64,000 nucleotides of DNA from Lophium mytilinum (lineage: Eukaryota): assembly GCA_010093605.1 (NCBI GenBank), contig MU004183.1, positions 1,674,001-1,738,000 on the forward strand, written 5' to 3'. Below, piece after piece: positions 1 through 13,751 of this stretch (positions within the stretch are counted from its first letter, which is position 1; each line of letters opens with the position of its first letter). Below the pieces are notes generated by a model. It did not search any database and was not told where the DNA came from. It saw only the letters and a list, made by a program, of their open reading frames with translations. A program made the translations under genes and the position numbers.

Positions 1-1
1 C

Positions 2-175
2 GAGAAATGGATCGTCAACCTGATCCGCGACACCCGCGTCGATGCAAAGATCGACTACCAAGCCGGCACCGTCGTCATGAACCACCCGCCCCAGTCCGTC
101 TACCAGCAAGTGATAGAGCGCACCAAGGGCGGCTTCTTCCGGACCCAAGTCCTCAGCGCCGCTGTTGCGAAATGA
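2..175 (+). CDS. int6: Eukaryotic translation initiation factor 3 subunit E, C-terminal fragment (gene starts before the window)
   Basis: Frame from nt 2, absent from the ORF track, reads [57 protein letters not shown], the end of the eIF3e PCI domain. TGA at 173-175. Confidence 0.93.
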   Translation, partial: EKWIVNLIRDTRVDAKIDYQAGTVVMNHPPQSVYQQVIERTKGGFFRTQVLSAAVAK

Positions 176-3100
176 AAATGAATATCCTTTCATCTTGCTT
201 TCACTCTTGGTTTCTCGGGCATGTTTTTTCCTCGGCTTTGGGACGGCTCGCTGTGCTGTGACTCTTGCTTGCAGGGAGCAGAGCGGCGTAATGGTCCTTT
301 TCACGCTTTGCTTGGGTTAGGGCTGGGTCTGCATGCATTGCGCGGGTGGATTGAAACCGTGTGTGTGCTTTGGAGGGCGGGGGAGCTGGGGGGCTGGGCT
401 GGGCGAGAAAGAGAAAAGTGGGCAACACATGCTCACCTGAAGAGTATGAATGGACGATGAATGGCGGGAACGAATGGCTGATGAACATGGCCCTCAAGGG
501 CCAGTCTCAAAAAGATGCCAAGCCTATGAGGGGGGCTCGGAGCTGGCAAAAAGCCTCCCTATCTAGAACTAGCAAATGAGGAAAGTAGATCTCGTATCTC
601 TCCATAGCCGTACTATGAATCAACCGCGAACGTGATCCGCATTGCAGGTGGGGTGAACCACTGTTAGGTAGGTAGAGAAAATGAAGGAGGTGACGCCAAC
701 CGGCTTCCCCGTTCTCGTGGCCCCCGCCCATCGCCTCATTCCTGTCTGCCGCAGATCTGACGCTTTGAGCATCGGTTCCGATGGCATGCTGTTGTCACCT
801 AACCCTCTCCCTGTGGCCGCGTTCCATCTGAAGGGCTTGTGCCTCTCGGCGCGCAAGCCGGGCGATCAGATTGGCGATGTCGAAGATGAGATCGGCTGGG
901 TATCCTGGAAGCGGCTTGCTCTTTCCGCTTCCGCGCGAGATGCGGCGGACAGGTTCGAGGGCGTGCTATGCGGACTTCGGGAGTTTGGGGCAGGGGGTGA
1001 GGAAGAGCCGGACGGTTGGGGCGCGCGCAGGTGAATGCGGGAAACGGGTAGGTGCTCCGTATGGGGTTCGATGATATATGGGTTGGTAGTTGGAAGGGAT
1101 TGGGGGATGCGCGTGGGGAACTGGGGTTCGCGGCGGCGGGTGGCGGGTGTTGTGTAAGGGATGCAGGGAGTTGTGGTCTGGGATACGGAGAGTGGGTTGA
1201 TGGAGTTCTTGTTGTTGGCATGGGGATAGGATCATTGGGTGAGAGTTTGAAGGGTGGAAGCGTGATCACCCGACGGGTTTTAGGATCTGATTGATAGGTC
1301 TGCGTACCTCAATTGGGCTTGATCGATAGTTGGGAGACGGAGTTCGATCCGCAGAGTGCGGGGCTTTGGGGGATCAAGGCTCATGTTTCACAGCAGTGCA
1401 AGCAAGAGACGCGTACCATACTGAAGATCGCAGCAAGACGAGGCGACTTCGTGGTGAGTGAGTCTTGTTGATCACTGCAGACGCCTGCCTGGTGCAAACC
1501 TTTGCTACACCATGCGGACCCTTCCGACTGCCGAACACAGATTGGCCTCTAGAATATGGGGAAGCACTTGCCTTCGAGACATCACGCGTGTTGCGGTGTC
1601 TTTTTGTTGCCACGACGGACAATCATGCCACTTTAAAGCCGACATTCACGACAGCACTGGGCTATGGTCACGACGCCTGAGCGGTCAAAGATCTTTTGCT
1701 TTGTGTTGAACACGTGGCTTGGTGCTTCCAGGTTGTTCACGTCGAGGGGGTGGCTTGCGGCAGGTAGCCGTGGGGACTGGTACCTGTGTACTTGGTACGA
1801 CGATGTGCGACGAGATGGCTGCCGGGATACCGAGTCTCTGGATAACGAAGGCCTGCGACGTTGAGTGGAGATTGTTCATGCAATGCGATAGTGTAAAGGT
1901 GATCCTCGCACCCGCATAGCCTGAGAGTCCTTTGTATGAGCATCCTATAATTGCTGCGAGCACGGTTGAAAAGGATTTAGAAGAAGCTTGATTGGAATAT
2001 GATAGAAAATGCGAAGTGGTCATATACGGTGTGCACTGCACGCGCAGAGCTGTAGCATTGAAAATTGTACTTGACGAAATATGAGGCATACAGAAGGAGA
2101 ACTCTCATTGGTACTAATAAACACGGTCTCGGGTTACTGTGAAATGGCAGAAATGATGCGCGGTTTGGATTATATTCCTCGGAATGATGATTGATACTAG
2201 GCAACCTTTACGTCCCAACAAAGGCAGGTAACGAGTTCAGCGAATGACGCAACACTGTCCCTACAGTCAGAAATCTGGATGAAGCAAGACACGGCGCTCA
2301 CGAGTGATTGGGAGACGGGGCATGGTCGCAGGTGGGGTTGTGGGTGTTCGAGAGCTAGCCAAGAAACACAAGAGAGGAGACCTCCGTGGCGTTCTCCGGG
2401 CGGATCTCCTACCTGGCCGCATAGCGCGATAAGCGGATAGATGCTAGCTTGGATCTAGAGGGCTGCGGGTAGCAACATCAGGAAGGAAGTTAAGAGCAAA
2501 TCGCACAAAGCGGAGCCCTCGCCGGACGTACTTTGCGGCGTGAATAATGGATCGGAGATCCCTCCGTCGCGCGATGGCCCGGCAGCCGGCGTTCCTCGCT
2601 CACTAGAGCTCTAAAACTCCCCACCGAATTAGATTGCTAGACGCGGTCGGAGTCCAATACGGGGTATTCGGGAGCCTTGCGTGCAACCTTTTAGCTTGAC
2701 GAAACCCCCACAGAGATTGTCTGATGTGTTTGGCGATTACAGCATGGCCGTTGCGTCGGCGCAGTCTGTGGTCTGAGTCGGCACCTGTTGGATGCGTAAC
2801 TGCACGGAGAAGAGGCGATCTGTGGATCCCGTTGACAGCTGGACAGCGCAAGTCGGAAGGCTGCACCGTTGTGACGCATTTGCAAGTACGCCTTCACACA
2901 CAGCTCGGAGGGCTAATCCAAGGCAGAAGAAGCTGTATCGCGGCAGGCCGTGACAGGGTGGTGCGTTGTTTCTGAAGCACATCGGAAGAAAGAGTGGAGA
3001 GATCGAAGATCAGCCGATAAGCTTCTCTCGCTTATCTACTTAGCGCCGATACGGCCCGTGCACCAACACCGATGGTGAATGGTGGGTTTCTCGGAGGCCT

Positions 3101-4634
3101 GAGAGGGGCTTTTCTAGAAGATCAGCACAAAACCGGCACGGCCTGGGCTGCTGCGATTTCAAATAGCCTCGAGTGCACTGCCAGTTCACAAGTTCGGCCG
3201 TTTGGAGCTTCTTCATCCCCGAGAACTCTGAGCTCACCTCTGCGTCACCTGGACCAGTGCTACCTGTTGCGATTCTTTGACTGCGGCTGGCGGCCCGCAA
3301 TGCGTTCTTATTACCAAGCAGTGCAGCCCTTGCCGCTGGACGCATGCAGAGCCGAAGAAGCTCGCAATGCGAATGCGAAGTGGCGGCGATGCCAGGGTGG
3401 TGCAGCCCAAGGAGCACGGCAAATCTGCGAGTTTGCTGCGTGTCTGTTGCCCGCCGGCTGTTGGTGGGGGGTTTCATGCAGCTTTCAAGGCTTTCACGAT
3501 GGACACGACAACTGCGGTGCGCCCCCTTGTTCCGGGCAGGCCAGTGGCTCTTCGTCGCCGTGAACACGGCTGCGAGGGCTTTCAATCAGCGCTGGCAATC
3601 CCCCACCGACACTGCTGTCACACCTGCACTTGGCTTCCTGCACCTTTGGCGGCCAAACCGGCATCTCGAGAGCACCGGGCGCCTCGTTAATCGGTTTCGC
3701 GGGTGCCACAGAGATGTTAGCGGGGTGGCCCTGGATGTGCGAACCAACGAGGGCTCCCGCTTCGCCCCAAATGTCTCTGCCCGACCCAGGATGCTGGAGC
3801 GCGGCCAAGGAGCGTGGGAGCATGCTCGCCCTCACGGCCACGATTTCCTTGCACACATGGGGCCGCACGAACGGTGCCGATGCGCGCAGACGACGGCGCT
3901 GCTTAGGGCGCCGTGGCTCCTCTAGGCCCGAGACGATGCCCGCGCGAGCCCATAGGATGGCTGTGATGCTGCCGCGCGAGGCCGCCGAGAAGTCCTTCTT
4001 ATCTAATAACTGCCTCTGTCCGCCGCAGTTGACTCCGCTGCCCTCTAACCTCTCTTCTCCTGTCCCGGCACTTCCCTCGCTCTCCACCTCGAAAACCTTG
4101 GAAGCTCAGGTGGAGCTTGGAACACCAGCAGCAGCTCCCGCAACAAAGCACTCGTTCTCTGCCTCTCCACCCACGGCTTCCGTCATCTCGACGTCGCGCT
4201 CACGCTAGGCGCTCCAGAGCTCCCGAGCTTTGCAGCCACTCTCGACCGTGCGCGGGGTTGTTCCCGTCGTTCCTGTTGTTCCTCTCCACAGCCGCACTTT
4301 GGTTGTCCCAGCGCCCGCCGATCGAAGCACCCTTGCAAAGCCATCGCATTCATCTCGCCCAGGGCCTCGCCATCGACTTTCGCACTTTCCCACCAGCGTC
4401 ACCCCTGCCTGCCCGCGGCTAGCATCGATTGCCGTCCCCGCTAAACTCTAGCTGCCTCTACTTCTGCTGCTCTGTTCCTCGGCCATTGCTCCGGCCATCT
4501 TCTTCCTTCATCACACTTCTATCGTTGTCCCAATTCATCCTATCGCATCGTTTATCTGCCCCAAAAAGCTCGGTATCGATTACAGTACGACAGCCATCGC
4601 TGCCCCCTTGTAGCAGCAACAACACCTCTTCAAG

Positions 4635-6071
4635 ATGCCGCCCGTACGCACCAATTCCATTCCTGCCACCATCAAGCCGGTGAAGACGGAACGCACGCAC
4701 GAGGAGAACCAGGAGAGGTATGACCGCGTCTGAGACCATTACCTATATGCACTCAGACTGACATTGCTGTGCAGAGCTTATATTGCAGCTTCAAGACGCA
4801 GTGACCGAAGCCTCGAAGCACGCATCGAGTCTGCCCGGAGAGCATCCGACATCCACAAGAAAAGAACCGGACGCGGTCTTCGCGTTACCGAGAAAGATGT
4901 AATGAACGAGGAAATGTACGAAGAGGAGGACGATAACCTCCCGGCACAGTACCGTCGTTTGACTGCTCATCTCCAAACGCACTCCCTCGACTTCAACAGA
5001 CGCCTACAAGCCTATATTCAGTCCCATGCCGGAACGAGGAACGCATTGGCTACTCCTAACGGAGCGTCCTTTGGAGATGCCTTCCCTATGCAGTTCCCAA
5101 ATGCCACTCAGATCAATTACCAGATGATGCAGCCCATCGCCCCGCCCCAAGTCCTGCCGCCCCAGATGTACCATCAACAGCAGCAGCAGCAACCACAGAA
5201 CTATCGACACGCGCCGTACCCCATGTCACCCTCGAACACGTCGTTTCGTCCCAGTCCTCACCATCGGTCCGCGTCAATTGCTACTACTCAGGAAGCTAGC
5301 TTTCAATCTCACTACCAGCCAACTAGTGGGCCTGAGACTCCTCGCCCAGACGAGCTTCGCCGCAACTCTATGCCTCCCCAAGTATTTTCCCCAGGAACAG
5401 AGACGGATGACCAAACCCGGCCAAACCCTTCGCGGGCCACGACGAACATTCATAATTTGAAACTATCATCCACACCAGCCTTTAATCCATCTCAGGATGT
5501 CTCGACCCCGTCGTACGCCAACACTCAGCAAAAGTCACACATGCACGGCTCGCAGCAAATGCCCCACATGGGCGGAATGGCCCCAGGATTCAACCCAGCA
5601 TCGCAGCACGTCAATATGAACCCTTTTGAGCCTTTCTCAATGGCCCTTCCCACAGAGTCTCAACAATTTCTCGGTACTGGCTTCGGCATGGACCCATACA
5701 GTGCTATGCTTATGAATACAAGCCAGCACATGAGTCAACCGTTCTACAGTTACAACCCGAACCCGTCTTCCAAGTCATCGCCATCCGCTGCAGGCAACGT
5801 CGGTATGAATCAAACCTTGGCGCCATCTTATAATGACTCGTCGCAAACCCCAACTGCGAACGATCCTTATACATCCACCGTCGTCAAGAATGAGGTAGTC
5901 GATACACCATTCGATGCCAACTACGGATTCGGCTTCGATGGCAACTTTAGTGGAAATCAATCCGCAGAGATGACCCGGGTCAGCAGTGCTCAAGGCAGCA
6001 CAGGTGCAGTAACACCTAGCGAATGGAATAGCTTCATCGAACAGAGTGCCTGGGAAACCCCTTCGCAGTAG
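4635..6071 (+). CDS. Conserved fungal hypothetical protein with a basic/helical N-terminal domain and a Q/P/S/N-rich tail (possible transcriptional regulator)
   Basis: Exon 1 4635-4717 (MPPVRT...KTERTHEENQE). Intron 4718-4774 (GTATGA..CTGAC..CAG). Exon 2 joins the 435-aa ORF to give ERTHEENQERAYIAASRRSDRSLEARIESARRAS..., followed by a polyQ run and low-complexity tail. Confidence 0.85.
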
Positions 6072-8971
6072 TGCTGCTCACTCTTATCAAAAGCACTTGC
6101 CACATCCATGTCATCTTCCCGATTACACGAATAATACCGATCATCAAGTCAACAACAGTACTATTACACTACCCTGTTGACACCTACACGCCACTGTCTG
6201 CAGTCCGTAACAAATAGTGAAAGACTTCCCTTAGATGTGAGATGGTCGCGCCGGACTACCTGAAGCAGCGTCAGACGAGAGTTAATAGACCTGCGTCCCG
6301 CATTGTATCACCTGGGCTAGTGATGCCCTTCTCATCACGTTTCGCGCTCCTTGTTCCCGTCTAGCTTGGTTATAGTTCATCTGCTGTTGAATTTGACACA
6401 CATCGTGGACGGGTCTGGAGACTGGGTTCTTTTTGTTGATACCCTCTGGGAGCTCGGACTACGGCCATTGGAGCCACCGATCTACTCGTTTTATCTCGCG
6501 CTTCATATTTTCGTTCATTTACTTTTGTATCTGTTATTAGGGCCTTTGAGATCCCGTAGCGAGTTCTCAGGATATGGATTTTGGCCCTGGCTCGCGTTCA
6601 CGACAGCAACGATGGAGTTTTGGGAGGCTGCTATTAGGAGTTGGGCAACAAAACGCAAGGGTTCCATTCGGTTCATTTTCATTCGTTAATTTCCTTCGAA
6701 CACGAGTTGCGTATGTTCGAAGCCAACCGGAGTCTTCGAATCTTCACTCTTAGCGAGCGGTCTGGTTGATCTCTGTGAAATCTATATTGTATAATGGAAT
6801 AAACAAAACAAGCCATAATTTTGCATTCTAATGTGATGTCTCCTGATATGATGCAAGGGATTCACCACCATCGCCCTCATGCGCTCAACGTCGTTCAAGC
6901 GCGGGGATCAGGTCACGTGGGACACGGAGGATCAACTTGCCCTCAAGACTCAAGACCTTCGGCACACTTGAACAATGGAATTTGTCATAATTGCAGTACG
7001 CAGTACGTCTGACCATGGCTCCAGGAATAACCTATGGGGAATTAGTATTCCACAACACCCAACGGCTTTCTTGTGCAACGACGAAGCTCTCAAACGACAC
7101 ATTGTCCCCACAAAAGACGCGTACAATGCTGGCTGGTAGGGGTCTAATGGCATACAGCTGGTCAGAGGTCGACGCGAGGGAGTCTCATAGTCGACCTCGT
7201 GGAGTCTATCTCTCACCTAATCTCTGTGATAAGACGATGATATTCGCTCGGCTACCTCACACGTTTCATCAACCTTCACAGTACCAACAACTCGACATCA
7301 CCGAAGAACCATCAAAGGTGCCAGGGCCTTGGCAAAACATCCGCTCCCGTGTTCTCATGAGCCCTTCCTTACTGAGTCGACCCCGCAAGCAACATATTAG
7401 CCTGCATGTGCGCTCGTCACGGGCGTCACGGCTCAACCGTTACCCTACGCCTAGCGACAGTTACCTCCCGTCGGCTGTTGGCGGGAGGCCCGAGGCATGT
7501 CCTGTGCTTCTTTCCGTTGCCATCTGGTGTATTTGAGTAGATAGCAGGGACTTTGGCGGGCGCTGCCACTGGCACTCCTCCCTCGAAGCATCGCGGCGGA
7601 ACACGGCCTCATCTCAGGGGCTCTCTGTACCTGCATATCTTCCATGCATATGCCATTCTCAATCTGATGATTTCTCGGCAGGGTCTGTGCCACAGCGAAA
7701 GCTTGCATGACAACACGGCAGCTATCCTCGATCAAACAGCGACCCGCGGTTGCACTTAGGGAACTCGCAGGACTCGACATCGGTCGGCTATCTGCAGCAG
7801 CAATGTGATGCCAACCGTCACCGTGCAGTACGGACAAACGTACTGATTCTGAATAGAGGAGTCAATCCCGTCCGCGTTGCGGTCACATTGCAATTGCGAG
7901 TCGGACGATTCCTGCGCCTCCCGGTCCCGGACTAAGTCGAGCTCCATTGTTACTCCAACATCTCTATTTCCGTCCATGGCTGAACCTGATATCAGTGGCT
8001 TTCCCACGTGCAGCCAACAGCTGGATGCGGCGTGGCAGCCCCTCAAGCCTGCTTCCGAGCCTGCAATTACGCATGCCGGCGTCGGTCAAAGATGTCAGTG
8101 CAGCTCTCCCGTCCTGCTTCTGCAATCTTGTCACACTGCGGCTTCGGGACCTGTCCAGGATGGCCGTGGTAACTGCACCTCCTTACCAACTTGATCAGCG
8201 TGGTATTGCTTACAACAGTAACGTGATCTTGTCTCTGTGGTCGTAGAATCGTGCCTCGAAGTCTTGATATGGGCACACTTGGTATCTCGGTCTCAATAGC
8301 AATTTTCCCGGTTCCTTAATGCTGCTCTCATTCAGCTCAGCTCATCAGCAGAGATTTCAGGCTCATGATTGGCGCATGTCGTGCGACTTCGGTAACGGAC
8401 GCCCACCTCATCGCGCTATTGGCACCCAACTTTCGATTCCGAGGCTCTCTTCACCGTGTTACACTATTTGCACTTTTAGCTTATGCGGAGCTTACTCTTA
8501 CTTCGCCCTGCCATTTCTTGTCGCGGTGTCAAATGCTTCGTCTCAAATCCTACGTCAACTCTTCATAGAAGCTGACCAGACTTGCATGCATGCAAGAATG
8601 CATGCCAAGTTCACTAGAAACATAACTACTCGATGTTTTTTCCTCAATTGACACAGCACCTAGATGTGGCCGCTGGGATGACAAGGACCAGGCATGTACA
8701 GCATACTGCCGCCCTACAGAGGCACAGGGTCCACCTCCACTGCGGGTCCTATGCATCGGGACGCGGATATGTAGCGGAAGAACGGACGGCTGTGGACGAG
8801 CCTTGTTTATCCAGTTTGTCATGAGCTCCCCTATATAACGCAGTCCTCACAGGTGACCTGAATTGATCTCTATCTCTACCGCTCTGCTGGCGAATACTGT
8901 CGTTTTTATCATCTTTGACCTTCGTTTCCAGTTACTGTTCCATCCAGGAAGCTTCTTTTCTTCCTTTCACG

Positions 8972-11733
8972 ATGAAGACTTTCACTTTGCTCTCTGCAGC
9001 AGCTTTACTGTCACTATGCTCTGCCAATGTTGTGCCCGGTAAGTTGGTCTGCATGCTGTCGAAGTCGTGTCGAAGCCAACATCGTTCATGTCTCATCGTG
9101 ATATATGAAGAACTCCCTCATATTCCATGCGCTTCCTCAATAACAACACTCTTTTCTAGTTTCTTTCCCTAAAGGTTGCCCTTTTCTACAAGCTGACACC
9201 TGTTTTGAGTAGTGCATCACCCACGATATATTTCCGAGAGATGTGCCAATGAAACTCATCCGCCATATCCAACGTATGGAAACTCAGAGGCGTCGAGTAC
9301 TGTGGGACCTACCGGCATCTCTACTTCAACTCCTTCTGGCTATGCACCCTCGTCTTCTATCTTTGGGACCGGCAGTAGTAGCCATGACAACTCTAATGGG
9401 ACCGCCTCATTCTCGACGTTTGCTCCAACTGGCGCCTCGTCATCTAGCGGGACTGCTCAATCTTCGTACGTTGTGCCTACGTTCTCGCCCTCGAAGAACT
9501 CTACCACGCATCGGTCCACGTTTACAGATAGAACGACGATCCATGTGACCTCTATCCGCAACCATACCGTAACTGTGCCGGTTTTCCCATCCTCGACTGG
9601 CGTCTTACCAACAGGCGGTATCATTAGTAGCTCCTCCTCCTCGCCGCCGTACCCGATATCGAACTCGACTCTTTCCACCGTTGGGCCGACTGGCACCGGC
9701 CCAACGATTCCAGTACCGACAGGAGTTTCCACCTCGAGTTATTTCGTGTCACACTCGAACAGCTCTGTCGCCGGCACCTCAACATCATCGGGTTACACAT
9801 CTCAATCATCCATCTTTGGTGGGACAGGCAGCTCCTCAAAGCCGACGGGAACTGGAGTCACTGCCTCGTCAACGGGAACCTTGCCGTCGTTCTCGAGCTA
9901 CTTCTGGCCCAATTCCACCACTAGTGCGATTGGCCCTACTGGAAGCTCCATCTATAGCACAGGGGCTTCAGGGTCTATCTCTTCGAGTTCTATCGACACG
10001 ACATGTCTCACTGCTGGACCGTCCTCAGCTACTTCATCGCCTAATATCACGTCTCCAAGCGTCATCGTACCAGCAAATTCTACTTTGATAGGAACCTCTA
10101 CTGTTTATTCTACTTCGATTCCGTTGACCACAGGAATATCATCATTTGCGTCAGGAAGCTCCAGTAACTCGGTGAGCTCACAGCTGTCCACGCCCACTCC
10201 CCCTTTCGCAAATAGTTCCACATCGATCTTCAGTGGAACATCAGGTACCGGAACGGGCTCTCTTAGCCTTTCCACAAACTATCCGACAACCACTAGTGCC
10301 CTCTTCGGCACTGGATCGACTTCTTCAGAGGCGTCAACATCAATCCCAAGCGGGCCAGTGTATGGTAGTTCATCGTCGCTGTCATCCTCTGAGTCAAGTA
10401 TCGTGTCCAGCTCATCGTCCTCTCTTTTGAACGCTTCGACTACCTTAGAAGCTTCGAGTTCGAGTATATTTATCCCGTCTTTTACCTCTACCGTATTGAG
10501 CTGGAGCAGCCTAAGCAGTCGGAACGCCACAACCACGTATGCCACGGGAGCTACGGGTAGCTCATCATTCACGACGACACAGGCATCCTCTTCGTCTACC
10601 AGCGGCTATACCATACCTGTATCAACTGCCACTGAATCTACAGGCTCGACTTCGACGTTGCTGTCGTCTACCCCGGTGCTTTCTACTTCCGAATCTACCA
10701 TTGCGATTTCATCTACGCCAGTCCCTTCGAATAGCAGTGTTGTAATCACCGTCACGTCGGAGTCCACCGTTGTCTCATTTATAACGGTCACGCCGTCGAG
10801 CTCAGGCTATTCTGTACCATCGCTAAGCAGTATTTCTTCATCGGCCTTCTCCTCGTTGGCCGTCTCGTACACTTCGGCCACGGAGGCTACGGGCACCACG
10901 AGCAGCTCTATCTCCGGCGCAAGCTCGAAACCCTCAAGTTCGGGATATCCTGTTCCTTCGTCTAGCAGTACATTATCATCGGCAGTCGTCTCGATCACTT
11001 CGGCCACGGAAGCTACGGGTACCACGAGCAGCTCTCTCTCCGTCTCAAGTTCGACGCCTTCAAGCTCAGAATATCCTGTTTCGTCGTCTAGCGGTACATC
11101 TTCATCGGCAATCTCGTCATCGACGGTCTCGCCCTCCACGACCGCCGAAGCCACGGGCTCCACCAGCAGCTCTCTAGTGACTCCTTCTTCAACAGACTCC
11201 TCGTCTTCAAGCGTTGCAACTTCGAGCTCGGGCTATCCTGTACCCTCACTAAGCAGTAAAGTTCCATCAACTCCCTCGTCCTCAGAGGCCTCAGTTACCT
11301 CAGCTACAGAAGCCACAGGCTCCGCGAGCAGCAGCTCTCTGGGTCCCAGTTCATCCACCTCAGCAACACCCGTCTCTTCCTCCGCAATCGTCTCCACTTC
11401 AACTTCCCTCAACGTACCACCCCACAGCATTGCTTCGCTTTCCACGGCCTCCTCATCCTCTCTTCCTGCCCACTCCACCCCATCATCCGCAACTCCAAGC
11501 ATCGCCCATACCACCAGCTCGACAGGAGGAGGATACGGACCCCCGCCAACGACGTTCGCAACCCATTTCAGCGCGTCTAGCATCCACACTCCCTCTTCGT
11601 CATCCTGGGCACACCCTCTGCCAACTCACGGCTACGGCTGGCCTGCGTGGATGAAGGTACGTCTCCCTACTCCTAACAGCAATCACGAAGCATATTACTG
11701 ATACTAATGCAATCATAGTCTGGAGGCTGGTGA
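8972..11733 (+). CDS. Secreted Ser/Thr-rich mucin-like protein
   Basis: Signal peptide MKTFTLLSAAALLSLCSA in exon 8972-9038. Intron 9039-9212, then the ~815-codon S/T-rich exon. Intron 11657-11718, then a last exon SGGW*. TATA-like CTATATAA near 8830. Confidence 0.88.
10795..11345 (+). repeat. Degenerate in-frame coding repeats (SSSGYPVPS...TSATEATGTTSSS) in the mucin-like gene
   Basis: About 4 recurrences of the GYPVP/EYPVS and TEATG motifs in the translation; ACTTCGGCCACGGA(G/A)GCTACGGG recurs at the DNA level. Confidence 0.75.
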
Positions 11734-12913
11734 AGCGTCGCCGCCATATAGCCACACTGTCTCACATGATCTGGTGTGGAGTTTGAATCACTGATGCCTG
11801 GACTTCTAATTTCTTTCTTCGGTTTCCCTTCTCGTCTTTCTTTTACACACTTTTCGTAGCACGCTGAGCTCTGTCGAGTACGGTGGAAGGGGAGGAGCTT
11901 GGTAGGTAGTTTGATAGATGAGTTAGTTTTCAGGTTGGGACTCGGGCGAAGTGGAGGGAAGGCAAAAGGGGAAGGGAAAGGTGTCTCTGAAATATCTAGG
12001 TACTATAATGGGGGTTTTCTGACCGTGTTTGTTTTCGGTGAGACTAGTGACGCGGTGTGGTGAGTGATGAAGAGTTCGTCGTCCTACGAATCGGACCTTA
12101 CTCCATGGGATTTTGTTTCTTCCTGACACTGTTGGGAGACCGCTAACATGGTCTGAAAGCGCAGCGCTGAGCTCTATAATGCTGCGCTGACGATCGGACC
12201 TTGAGGTTATGCAGTGTCGACGCTGTAGAGAGTGCCCCAGTAGTATTTAAGGATCTTGATTTCATTGGTAGTGATGTGCTGTTCGTTTCTGACTACACTT
12301 TTCCGACTACGAAGTTCTCGCGGAGTGCCTCTGCTGTTGGCATGTCTTCGGTGCTGTCAAGCTCCTAACGTTTACTCTAGAGTCGTTGGATTTTCGGCCC
12401 CTGCCTGGGTCTGATTTCGCGCATGTGTTCGGATGTCACGTGCATGGGGAGCGGAAGTGGGCTATCGAATCGAGGCAGCATCAGAGGGGCTGCGATGCAT
12501 TAACGATAGCCAGTCCGTGCGATTCAGAGTCAACTCCAACATGGAACGGCTGCTTGATAGAGATCGAACAATGGTGTGTGGAGACTTGGGATGCCCCGTA
12601 GACGATGAATAGGAGCTATTTCGCAAATCACAGCATCTAGATCTAGTGTACTGGTGAGATGTATACCCAGAATCGGCTCCAATATCTGCACCCTAAGCCA
12701 GTCCAGTTCCACATTCTCGTAATCGTGCCTCAGAAGCGACTGCAACCCCAAAACGCATCACGACAGCATGACTCGCACAGACAGCAATATTGTGGCACTG
12801 ATATCCGATTGTGCTATCTCATCTCCTCGATATACCCCTCCCACAACGCAGGGCACATGACCCTTCTCCGCCATCGCCCACCCAATCCATCCCATCCTTG
12901 CGAGCTATCCCAT

Positions 12914-13398
12914 CTAAGCCGCAATGGTAACCTCAACCTCGACACCAGCCTCGATGTTGATAATGATCTGCTTGACCACCTCGGTCGGCGCGTTGAGGTC
13001 GATGAGGCGCTTGTGCACGCGCATCTCGTACGTGTCCCAGGTCTTGGAGCCTTCACCGCAGGGCGTCTTGCGGGTCGTGACCTTGAGCTTCTTGGTCGGC
13101 AGGCGGACGGGGCCCTTGACGCGGAGGTCCTTGGTCTTGGCGCGGTCGATCAGCTCCTGGCAGACCTTCTCGAGCGACTTGACGTCTGTGGGTGGGTGGT
13201 GTTAGAAATGTGTTCGTGGGGCAGTGGAGCGGGAGAGGGGTGGCGCACTCTTGGAGGTCAAGGTGATGCGGATCTTGTGGACCTTGGGGCCTTCGCCGAA
13301 GTCTGGAGATGAGGCGTTAGTTTTGCGATTGCGATTGCGAATCTGGGAGGGAGTGAGGTGGAGGACGCACCCTTGTCGCCTTTTCCGTAGCTGGCCAT
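12914..13398 (-). CDS. RPS20: 40S ribosomal protein S20 (uS10), 3 exons
   Basis: Spliced translation [91 protein letters not shown]...EVEVTIAA*. Two GTGCG..CTAAC..CAG introns and strong codon bias. Not captured by the ORF track. Confidence 0.97.
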
Positions 13399-13751
13399 GA
13401 TGATAGATGGAGGGTATAGGGTTGGTGGGGTTGTAGAGTGTGGAGAGCGTGAATTCCAGTCAAGACTCGGACGTAAGTCGCTGTTACGTGATGACCGGTA
13501 CCGTGGGAAATTTAGCTGGCGGTTGAGGTTGGAGATATCGCGGGCTCCAATATTTTGGAGTTGTGGGCTTCAAAAATCTTGGCGGCGCTAAATCTGATTG
13601 GGCGCTAGCTTCTATAGAGAGTCATCCACACAACCTTCGACTTGATGTCTTACCTCATAGGCAAACTATCAAGAAACAAACCCATCCGAAATTGCTCCAA
13701 TTCTGTCCACATTTCATAGTCTATCACTCCTCTTCTTCTCCTGTGCTGAGA

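Noticed and set aside
500..4600. Numerous overlapping ORFs of 60-197 aa, including a P-rich minus-strand stretch at 600-1300
   Set aside because: No recognisable domain or consistent splice model. It is probably intergenic/UTR sequence, although a decayed gene at 0.6-2.2 kb cannot be excluded.
6100..8900. ORFs such as 6351-6689 and 6991-7536
   Set aside because: They lie in the 3' UTR and promoter space between two real genes and lack coding-like motifs.
12659..13312. 217-aa + strand ORF
   Set aside because: It is the antisense shadow of the codon-biased RPS20 gene.
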